Of a stretch of DNA of 64,000 nt, positions 15,243-25,600 are shown piece after piece. A model generated the notes under the pieces. The model did no database searches. It was not told the DNA's origin and saw only the letters and a program-made list of their open reading frames with translations. Origin of the DNA: Eledone cirrhosa (Eukaryota); contig OZ024761.1 in assembly GCA_964016885.1 (NCBI GenBank), positions 6,324,001 to 6,388,000 of the forward strand, in the 5' to 3' direction. The number at the start of each line of letters is the position of its first letter. The stretch's first letter is position 1. A program made the position numbers and the translations under genes.

Positions 15243-15286
15243 TACCACTGATGATGTCACAGATGTGTGACAAAAGAACTTTGATA
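15243..15286 (+). ncRNA. Hammerhead motif in the PLE pseudo-LTR (family A-related, G12A)
   Basis: TACCA-CTGATGA-T-GTCACA gatg TGTGAC-AAAA-G aa C-TT-TGATA; same stem II as family A. Confidence 0.75.
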
Positions 15287-15413
15287 GACTATATATATAT
15301 TTATATCTGTATTTTTAACCGCTGTTCAATCAATGATAAACATTGATTGCCAAATAAATTAACTATGGAGATATAAAATATACAGAAGCGAAAACCAACC
15401 CTAACCAAATAAT

Positions 15414-15597
15414 TGTTTCTACTTTTGGCATAAGGCCAGCAATTATCCCAGTGCATTACTGGTACTTTATTTTATCGACCCTGTAAGGATGAAAGGCAAA
15501 GTTAACCTCGGCGGGATTTGAACTCAGAATGGCTAGGGCCGTAACTCTATGCGTCAAAGCATGGCGTCGGACCCTCTACCGATACTACCAATCCACC
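15414..15597 (-). mobile_element. tRNA-derived SINE inserted into the PLE pseudo-LTR
   Basis: Same family as 7377-7561; target-site duplication ACCCTAACCAAATAAT at 15398-15413 and 15595-15610. Confidence 0.92.
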
Positions 15598-15736
15598 CTA
15601 ACCAAATAATGAGTGTGTTTTATTATTATTATTTCTGGATAGTTATAACAATATGACCCTCCCCAAATATAACAATATTTATTTCAACACACGATTTCAT
15701 ATCAAAAACCTTGCAAAACAAATATATATATATATA

Positions 15737-15952
15737 GGTGTGAGAAAAGCCACAGACCCTCCATCTCAACTCTACTTTTGAAAAGCAGAAGAACTGCGAA
15801 ACCGGTAAAGGAACCAAATAAATATATATATATTTTTTTAAATAATATTCCAGTTGCATTTTCAATTTCATCTTTTTTTATTCATACTTTCACTCGTGTA
15901 GGACACCTCGGTTATTTTTCATTTTGTAAAAAAAAACCTCACTTTCTAATAT
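15737..15952 (+). mobile_element. Family C pseudo-LTR fragment
   Basis: Homologous to 5755-5886; (TA)n-flanked; contains a minimal HHR motif. Confidence 0.7.
15775..15811 (+). ncRNA. Minimal hammerhead motif with U3-A8 core (family C)
   Basis: CTT-TTGAAAA-GCAG aagaa CTGC-GAAA-CCGG-TA-AAG; palindromic ACCGGT stem/loop III; short stem I. Confidence 0.6.
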
Positions 15953-15957
15953 ATATA

Positions 15958-16075
15958 TATATAAGTTAAAACAATGAAATAAAAAATCAAGTCATTAGAA
16001 ATATACTTCACTACTTGAAGCAGTGAAGTATATTTCTAATGACTTGATTTTTTATTTCATTGTTTTAACTTATAT
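15958..16075. repeat. Perfect inverted repeat (about 54-bp arms, 9-nt loop)
   Basis: ATAAGTTAAAACAATGAAAT...ATATACTTCACT acttgaagc AGTGAAGTATAT...ATTTCATTGTTTTAACTTAT. Confidence 0.9.
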
Positions 16076-16202
16076 CATGACTCTGTTTTCCTTTTAATGT
16101 TTTATTGTTTTCCGGGATTTATTTTAACCTACAACATTTTCAACATATGGATTACATTGAGTTCTTCGTGCAGACTGTACCCCACAACTTATTGTGGATA
16201 TC

Positions 16203-16339
<137 letters not shown>

Positions 16340-16811
16340 AGTTATTTGGTTTGTTGATTATTCAACAAAGTTAATTTACAACAGATAAGAAGCACTCAAT
16401 GGTATTTATCCGGAGTATCATTAATATCAATAATATTAATAAATGAAAAATATCTTTATAAAACCATATTTTATTATACGTATTTCAAGGGTACTAATAT
16501 TTAAGTACGCTTTCGAAAATATAATAATTGGTGCAAAGATAGTGACATATCTTCATGTGAACTTCATGTTATAAGTTCTTATTTATTCAAACTGAGTGAG
16601 TCCGTGAGATTCTCTATTCGGATTATTCTTGTTCAGGGTATGCCGGGTATATAGACTGGCTCCTATCACTTGGTGCCATCATGGGTTCCTTTAGTAGACT
16701 ACACTCCCTTTCAAACATTCGTGCTATATCTCCCGTATGAGAATAACTACGTCTCTTCACTCTACTGGTCCTGAATCTTCTGAAATGTGTTATGGGGGTG
16801 CTCCTTTCGTT

Positions 16812-16869
16812 TCTTCTTCTTCTTCTTCTTCTTCTTCTTCTTCTTCTTCTTCTTCTTCTTCTTCTTCTT

Positions 16870-16900
<31 letters not shown>

Positions 16901-17135
16901 TTCTTATTCTTCTTCTTCTTCTTCTTCCACTTCTTCCCGAGAGGTTTGTGAAGGCAGAGTCCTCAAATACTCCCCCCAGCAGGTCCTGTCAGAAGCAACC
17001 ATCTCCAACTGCTCCTGCTGAATCCCTAAGCGTGACCAGCCAAGCTCATGGATATTATCCAACCATCTTGCTCGAGGTCTACCCCAGGGTCTCCTATCTG
17101 TTGGTTTTGCCCGTAAAATCTGTCCAGCAATTCTT
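16812..17135 (-). mobile_element. RTE-type LINE 3' fragment with (GAA)n tail
   Basis: ERIAGQILRAKPTDRRPWGRPRARWLDNIHELGWSRLGI...ASDRTCW, the RxxGRPxxRWxD and A.DR..W C-terminal signature; immediately followed by (GAA)n. Confidence 0.75.
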
Positions 17136-17308
17136 TCCTGTTCATTATTCTGAGACGTCAAGTTTGAATTGTTCAAAGTGTGCCGCTTATGCTTGACAGA
17201 GAACTACAACATCTTGACACGCGGGGCTTGAATACCTTAAGCAGGAAATTTGATAGAAACAAATTACAATTTGGAAAATTTCAATTTCAATCCATGTAAC
17301 CATTCCCC

Positions 17309-18341
17309 GCTTCCGCCATATATATATATCCCGGCTTCACTTCCGCCATATATATATCCCGGCTTCACTTCCGCCATATATATATCCTGGCTTTACTCCC
17401 GCCATATATATATCTCGGCTTCACTTCCGCCATATATATATCCCGGCTTCACTTCCGCCATATATATATCCTGGCTTTACTCCCGCCATATATATATCTC
17501 GGCTTCACTTCCGCCATATATATATCCCGGCTTCACTTCCGCCATATATATATCCTGGCTTTACTCCCGCCATATATATATCTCGGCTTCACTTCCGCCA
17601 TATATATATCCCGGCTTCACTTCCGCCATATATATATCCTGGCTTTACTCCCGCCATATATATATCTCGGCTTCACTTCCGCCATATATATATCCCGGCT
17701 TCACTTCCGCCATATATATATCCTGGCTTTACTCCCGCCATATATATATCCCGGCTTCACTTCCGCCATATATATATCCCGGCTTCACTTCCGCCATATA
17801 TATATCCTGGCTTTACTCCCGCCATATATATATCTCGGCTTCACTTCCGCCATATATATATCCCGGCTTCACTTCCGCCATATATATATATCCTGGCTTT
17901 ACTCCCGCCATATATATATCTCGGCTTCACTTCCGCCATATATATATCCCGGCTTCACTTCCGCCATATATATATCCTGGCTTTACTCCCGCCATATATA
18001 TATCTCGGCTTCACTTCCGCCATATATATATCCCGGCTTCACTTCCGCCATATATATATCCTGGCTTTACTCCCGCCATATATATATCTCGGCTTCACTT
18101 CCGCCATATATATATCCCGGCTTCACTTCCGCCATATATATATATATATATATCTCAGCTTCACTTTCGCCATATGTATATATCCTGGCTTCACTTTCGC
18201 CATATATATATCCTTATATCCTGGCTTCACTTTCGCCATATATATATCCCGGCCTCACTTCCACCATATATATATCCTAGCTTCACTTCCGCCATATATA
18301 TATCCTAGCTTCACTTCCGCCATATATATATATCCCGGCTT
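17309..18341. repeat. About 28-30-bp minisatellite with a trimeric higher-order unit
   Basis: CACTTCCGCC(AT)nCCCGGCTT, cycling variants CCCGGCTTCACTT / CCTGGCTTTACTC / CTCGGCTTCACTT. Confidence 0.95.
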
Positions 18342-18548
18342 TAAGATACCTGGACATGCCACACTGTAGAAACTCATCGCTCTACAGTGGTGACAAGATC
18401 ATTTGACCACCATCAGTGGCCCTTTCTTCTGTATTACTAACAGATAGGTTGGACATTTCTACTAAAGTCCCTTGTGTCATCAACAGCAGACCAGCATGTC
18501 AGACATATTGTAACATATGTGAACACACTACAACTACACTGTATCTAT

Positions 18549-20270
18549 CACAACAGATGTAAAGAAAGACCACGTCTATCAACATGCCACAACAGATGTG
18601 GATATACCACAACTACTATCACCATACCACAACAGATGTGGATATACCACAACTACTATCACCATACCACAACAGTTGTCAATATGCCACGACAGATGTC
18701 AATATACCACGACAGATGTCAATATACCACGACAGATGTCAATATACCACAGCAGATGTGGATATACCACAACTACTATCAACATACCACAACAGATGTC
18801 AATATACCACAATCAATGGTACATTTGTATGTAAAAAAAACTCCCAACATATCACAACATTCCTCCAAAAATATCACCATACCACAACAGATGTCACTAT
18901 ACCACAACAGATATCATCATACCACAACAGATATCACCATACCACAACAGATATCACCATACCACAACAGATATCACCATACCACAACATATGTCACCAT
19001 ACCACAACATATGTCACCATACCACAACAGATGTCAACATACCATATTACACCATACTACAACAGATGTGACCATACAACAACAGATATCACCATACCAC
19101 AACAGATATCACCATACCACAATAGATGTCACCATACCACAACAGATATCACCATACCACAACAGATATCACCATACCACAACAGATGTCACCATACCAC
19201 AACAGATATCACCATACCACAACAGATGTCACCATACCACAACAGATATCACCATACCACAACAGATGTCACCATACCACAACAGATGTCACCATACCAC
19301 AAAAGATATCAACATAACATATCACACCATACTACAACAGATGTGACCATATCACACCATACTAAAACATATGTCACCATACCACAACAGATGTCAACAT
19401 ACCATATTACACCATACTACAACAGATGTGACCATATCACACCATACCACAACAGATGTCACCATACAACAACAGATATCACCATACCACAACAGATATC
19501 ACCATACCACAACAGATGTCACCATACCACAACAGATATCACCATACCACAACAGATATCACCATACCACAACAGATGTCACCATACCACAACAGATATC
19601 ACCATACCACAACAGATATCACCATATCACAACAGATATCACCATACCACAACAGATATCACCATACCACAACAGATATCACCATACCACAACAGATGTC
19701 ACCATACCACAACAGATGACACCATACCACAAACGATGTCAACATAACATATCACACCATACTACAACATATGTCACCATACCACAACAGATGTCACCAT
19801 ACTAAAACAGATGTCACCATACCACAACAGATGTCAACATACCACAACAGATGTCACCATACTACAACAGATGTCACCATACCACAACAGATGTCACAAT
19901 ACCACAACAGATATCACAATACCACAACAGATATCACCATACCACAACAGATGTCAACATACCACAACAGATGTCAACATACCACAACAGATATCACCAT
20001 ACCACAACAGATGCCAACATACCACAACAGATGTCAACATACCACAACAGATGTCATCATACCATATTACACCATACAACAACATATATGACCTTATCAC
20101 ACCATACAGCAACACGTGTCAATATACCACAACAGATGTCACCATACTACAACATATGTTACCATACCACAGCAGATATCACCATACCACAACAGATATC
20201 ACCATACCACAACAGATATCACCATACCACAACAGATGTCAACATACCATACCAGAGCGCAACAGATGTC
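18549..20270. repeat. 20-bp minisatellite
   Basis: ACCATACCACAACAGAT(A/G)TC tandem array. Confidence 0.95.
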
Positions 20271-20305
20271 AGCTCCCACACGGCTTAGAGACATACTAGG
20301 AAGCA

Positions 20306-20704
20306 TGCGTGTGTGTACGTGTACGTGTGTGTGGGTGCATGTCTGAGTGTGTGTCCGTGTACGTGTGTGTACGTGTGTGTGCGTGTACGTGTGTGTACGC
20401 GCGCGTGTGTGTACGTGTGTACGTGTAAGTGTGTGTGGATGCGTGTCTGAGTGTACGTGTGTGTGTGCGTGTGCGTGTATCTGTGTGTGTGTACGCGTGC
20501 GTGTGTGTCTGTGTGTGTGCGTGTATGTGTGTGTGTCTGTATCTGTGGGTATGTACCTGTACGTGTGTGCGTGTGTGTTTGTATCTCTGTGTGTGTACGT
20601 GTGTATGTGTGTGTGTGTACGTGTGTGTGTGTGTGTCTGTGTCTGTGTGCGTGTGTACGTGTGTGTGTATGTGTGTGTATATGTGTGTGTACGTGGATGT
20701 GTGA
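20306..20704. repeat. Degenerate (TG)n microsatellite
   Basis: Direct observation. Confidence 0.95.
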
Positions 20705-20799
20705 ACGCAGGAGAGAAAGTGACTGGATTGGATGAAGAGGAAACATTGAAAAAAACAGACTCAGAATGACTCGCGTCACGTGTTTCTACTCTGCACCAC

Positions 20800-21150
20800 G
20801 GCATTCACGGTCCTCACATTCGCGGAATTTTCCTTAGTACCTAACGAATAATTGTTCGTGGAGACTACCGCATATTCGCGGAATCGTAAATATCTTCCGC
20901 GAATTATTTTATGTCTTTTCTCATGGCAATATATATATTTTTTTAATGCTAGATTATTAATAATAATATACCATATCTGCCGGCCTATTACACGCCCCTT
21001 TGCATAAGACGCTCCGTCTTTTTTAATTATATTTTACGTTATGCTTTGACGTTTGTAGGTATTTTTATGGACCACGTCCAATATTCGCGGTTTTTCACTC
21101 TTCATGGGTGTTCTAGGAACGTAACCTCTGCGAATACTGGGGGACTACTG
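20800..21150. mobile_element. Degenerate Tigger/pogo-like non-autonomous DNA transposon
   Basis: Right end GCGAATACTGGGGGACTACTG (reverse complement CAGTAGTCCCCCAGTATTCGC); internal repeated ATTCGCGG motifs; left TIR not clearly seen. Confidence 0.55.
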
Positions 21151-21398
21151 AACAGCATTAAACCAATCATTTATCTCACAGAGTTCTTTTTGTCACCAGT
21201 CGTCCTGTTTTAATTCAAAGTAATTAGCTATTTTATTTTAAAAGTTAATTTTTATGTTCACCCCTTTATTAATTTGATTTTTGTCTTGTGTTGTTTCGTC
21301 TCTATACCAGCAGATGGCGCTGGCGTTACTTCAAAGTGACATCCAGCAATGGACGGCCATATTATCTTCTGCTTGTGTGAACACAATGTAGCTGGGCT

Positions 21399-21480
21399 TG
21401 TTGTTGATGTTGTTGATGTGAATGTTGTTGCTGTTGTTGTGTTTGTTGTTGTTGTGGTGGCAGTGTTGGAAGTAGTAGTG

Positions 21481-21521
<41 letters not shown>

Positions 21522-21945
21522 TGTTGTTGTTGTAGTAGTAGCAGTAGTAGCAGCAGCAGTAGTAGTAGTAGTTGTAGTAGTAGTAGTAGCAGAAGCAGCA
21601 GTAGTAGTAGTAGTTGTAGTAGTAGTAGTAATAGCAGTAGTAGTAGTAGTAGTAGTAGTAGTAATTGTTGTAGTAGTAGCAGTAGTAGTAGTAGTAGCAG
21701 CAGTAGTAGTAGTTGTAGTAGTAGTAGTAGTAGTAACAACAGCAGTAGTAGTTGTAGTAGTAGTAGCAGCAGTAGTAGTAGTTGTAGTAGTAGTAGCAGC
21801 AGTAGTTGTTGTAGTAGTAGCAGTAGTAGTAGTAGTAGCAGTAGTAGTAGTAGTTGTAGTAGTAGTAGTAGTTGTAGTAGTAGTAGCAGCAGTAGTTGTA
21901 GTAGTAGTAGCAGTAGTAGTAGTAGTTGTTGTTGTTGTTGTTATT
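21399..21945. repeat. (GTA)n/(GTT)n trinucleotide tract
   Basis: Direct observation. Confidence 0.95.
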
Positions 21946-22262
21946 GCAGACAAAGCTAGAAAGACAAAAGAAGGTCAATGAGAGTCAACATCATTCCATG
22001 AGTCGCCATCTTGGAAATGGCAGGACAATGAGATGACATTCCAATGGGGTCACCACTTAAAGATACCATCACTACTACTACCACTACTACCACCACTACT
22101 ACTACCACCACTACCACCACTATCACCACCAATACAACCAATACTACTACCACCACCATCACTAGCACCACCATCACAACAACAGCAACAACAACAACAA
22201 TATTGACAACAACAACATATGAACAAAGAAGTTGACATTAAAAATAATGACTCAAACGAAAA

Positions 22263-22335
22263 CACAATTCTAATGACGTCAGAAGGATCACAATTCTAAT
22301 GACGTCAGAAGGATCACAATTCTAATGACGTCAGA
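22263..22335. repeat. Three 26-bp tandem units, each containing TGACGTCA
   Basis: CACAATTCTAATGACGTCAGAAGGAT, about 2.8 copies. Confidence 0.9.
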
Positions 22336-22440
22336 GTGGTGGACTGGGGGGAGTAGGTGAAGATAGAGCGAGGGTAGGGGAAAATGACAGTGAAGGAAGG
22401 GGAAAATTACCGGGAGACAGGGAGCATAAAAAACATGAAG

Positions 22441-22625
22441 GAGACTTCTGGTGTCCTTGGCCCTAGGGCCACCTCCCTACTCACCATCATAGGCGCTGAG
22501 CTAGCCAGCCGCAGGTGTAAGCCTCGCGAGATAGAATGGGTCTTCTAGCGCATCTCCCTCACTATCTCTTTTCTGTCCACCGGGGCCGTGGGGCGGCCAG
22601 CACCTGGGACCCCATATGCTCATAA
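22441..22625 (+). mobile_element. 3' fragment of the CRE-like retrotransposon family seen at 38508-40233
   Basis: Translates ETSGVLGPRATSLLTIIGAELASRRCKPREIEWVF*RISLTI, matching ORF 38564-38791; internal deletion. Confidence 0.88.
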
Positions 22626-22660
22626 TAGTGAAAGATGGGGGAGGGCGAGAGAGAGGGAGG

Positions 22661-25600
22661 CGATAACAGTGGGAGTTTGGCTCCTCTGTGTCTGACCTGG
22701 TGTACATGTGTGATGGGAGGGGGGCGATGACAGTGGGAGTTTGGCTCCTCTGTGTCTGACCTGATGTATATGTGTGATGGGAGGGGGCGATGACAGTGGG
22801 AGTTTGGCTCCTCTGTGTCTGACCTGGTGTACATGTGTGATGGGAGGGGGGCGATGACAGTGGGAGGTTGGCTCCTCTGTGTCTGACCTGGTGTACATGT
22901 GTGATGGGAGGGGGTGATGACAGTGGGAGGTTGGCTCCTCTGTGTCTGACCTGGTGTATATGTGTGATGGGAGGGGGTGATGACAGTGGGAGGTTGGCTC
23001 TTCTGTGTCTGACCTGGTGTATATGTGTGATGGGAGGGGGTGATGACAGTGGGAGTTTGGCTCCTCTGTGTCTGACCTGGTGTATATGTGTGATGGGAGG
23101 GGGGCGATGACAGTGGGAGGTTGGCTCCTCTGTGTCTGACCTGGTGTACATGTGTGATGGGAGGGGGGCGATGACAGTGGGAGGTTGGCTCTTCTGTGTC
23201 TGACCTGGTGTACATGTGTGATGGGAGGGGGTGATGACAGTGGGAGGTTGGCTCCTCTGTGTCTGACCTGGTGTATATGTGTGATGGGAGGGGGGCGATG
23301 ACAGTGGGAGTTTGGCTCCTCTGTGTCTGACCTGGTGTACATGTGTGATGGGAGGGGGGCGATGACAGTGGGAGGTTGGCTCTTCTGTGTCTGACCTGGT
23401 GTATATGTGTGATGGGAGGGGGGCGATGACAGTGGGAGTTTGGCTCCTCTGTGTCTGACCTGGTGTACATGTGTGATGGGAGGGGGGCGATGACAGTGGG
23501 AGTTTGGCTCCTCTGTGTCTGACCTGGTGTACATGTGTGATGGGAGGGGGTGATGACAGTGGGAGTTTGGCTCCTCTGTGTCTGACCTGGTGTACATGTG
23601 TGATGGGAGGGGGTGATGACAGTGGGAGTTTGGCTCCTCTGTGTCTGACCTGGTGTATATGTGTGATGGGAGGGGGGCGATGACAGTGGGAGTTTGGCTC
23701 CTCTGTGTCTGACCTGGTGTACATGTGTGATGGGAGGGGGGCGATGACAGTGGGAGGTTGGCTCTTCTGTGTCTGACCTGGTGTATATGTGTGATGGGAG
23801 GGGGGCGATGACAGTGGGAGTTTGGCTCCTCTGTGTCTGACCTGGTGTACATGTGTGATGGGAGGGGGGCGATGACAGTGGGAGTTTGGCTCCTCTGTGT
23901 CTGACCTGGTGTACATGTGTGATGGGAGGGGGTGATGACAGTGGGAGTTTGGCTCCTCTGTGTCTGACCTGGTGTACATGTGTGATGGGAGGGGGTGATG
24001 ACAGTGGGAGTTTGGCTCCTCTGTGTCTGACCTGGTGTATATGTGTGATGGGAGGGGGGCGATGACAGTGGGAGTTTGGCTCTTCTGTGTCTGACCTGGT
24101 GTATATGTGTGATGGGAGGGGGGCGATGACAGTGGGAGGTTGGCTCCTCTGTGTCTGACCTGGTGTACATGTGTGATGGGAGGGGGTGATGACAGTGGGA
24201 GTTTGGCTCTTCTGTGTCTGACCTGGTGTATATGTGTGATGGGAGGGGGGCGATGACAGTGGGAGGTTGGCTCCTCTGTGTCTGACCTGGTGTACATGTG
24301 TGTTGGGAGGGGGGCGATGACAGTGGGAGTTTGGCTCTTCTGTGTCTGACCTGGTGTATATGTGTGATGGGAGGGGGGCGATGACAGTGGGAGTTTGGCT
24401 CCTCTGTGTCTGACCTGGTGTACATGTGTGATGGGAGGGGGGCGATGACAGTGGGAGGTTGGCTCCTCTGTGTCTGACCTGGTGTACATGTGTGATGGGA
24501 GGGGGGCGATGACAGTGGGAGGTTGGCTCTTCTGTGTCTGACCTGGTGTATATGTGTGATGGGAGGGGGGCGATGACAGTGGGAGTTTGGCTCCTCTGTG
24601 TCTGACCTGGTGTACATGTGTGATGGGAGGGGGTGATGACAGTGGGAGTTTGGCTCCTCTGTGTCTGACCTGGTGTACATGTGTGATGGGAGGGGGGCGA
24701 TGACAGTGGGAGTTTGGCTCCTCTGTGTCTGACCTGGTGTATATGTGTGATGGGATGGGGGTGATGACAGTGGGAGTTTGGCTCCTCTGTGTCTGACCTG
24801 GTGTACATGTGTGATGGGAGGGGGGCGATGACAGTGGGAGTTTGGCTCCTCTGTGTCTGACCTGGTGTACATGTGTGATGGGAGGGGGGCGATGACAGTG
24901 GGAGGTTGGCTCTTCTGTGTCTGACCTGGTGTACATGTGTGATGGGAGGGGGTGATGACAGTGGGAGTTTGGCTCCTCTGTGTCTGACCTGGTGTATATG
25001 TGTGATGGGAGGGGGTGATGACAGTGGGAGTTTGGCTCCTCTGTGTCTGACCTGGTGTACATGTGTGATGGGAGGGGGTGATGACAGTGGGAGGTTGGCT
25101 CCTCTGCGTCTGACCTGGTGTACATGTGTGATGGGAGGGGGTGATGACAGTGGGAGTTTGGCTCCTCTGTGTCTGACCTGGTGTACATGTGTGATGGGAG
25201 GGGGTGATGACAGTGGGAGGTTGGCTCCTCTGTGTCTGACCTGGTGTACATGTGTGATGGGAGGGGGGCGATGACAGTGGGAGTTTGGCTCCTCTGTGTC
25301 TGACCTGGTGTACATGTGTGATGGGAGGGGGGCGATGACAGTGGGAGGTTGGCTCTTCTGTGTCTGACCTGGTGTACATGTGTGATGGGAGGGGGTGATG
25401 ACAGTGGGAGTTTGGCTCCTCTGTGTCTGACCTGGTGTACATGTGTGATGGGAGGGGGGCGATGACAGTGGGAGTTTGGCTCCTCTGTGTCTGACCTGGT
25501 GTACATGTGTGATGGGAGGGGGTGATGACAGTGGGAGTTTGGCTCCTCTGTGTCTGACCTGGTGTATATGTGTGATGGGAGGGGGGCGATGACAGTGGGA

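Larger units (their letters stand above)
13081..15722 (+). mobile_element. Penelope-like retroelement (5'-truncated) with 3' pseudo-LTR
   Basis: RT + GIY-YIG remnants followed by an HHR-containing 3' region related to family A; ends ...TATGACCCTCCCCAAATATAACAATAT...TTTCAACACACG... then (TA)n. Confidence 0.9.

Noticed and set aside
13081-15300. Selenocysteine-encoding PLE (in-frame TGA plus SECIS), as known for some Naiad elements
   Set aside because: The interruptions seen are frameshifts and TAA/TAG stops, not TGA at Cys positions; no convincing SECIS seen by eye
16466-16525. Family D-like hammerhead on the minus strand (GAAA-TACGTA-TA)
   Set aside because: Stems II and III are present but the CUGANGA core has decayed; counted only as a half-motif
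16593-16612. CTGAGTGAGTCCGTGAG resembling the textbook hammerhead 5' half
   Set aside because: Extra base in the core and no GAC-GAAA 3' half
17250-20346. Repetitive ORFs of 290-387 aa
   Set aside because: Translations of 28-30-bp and 20-bp minisatellites
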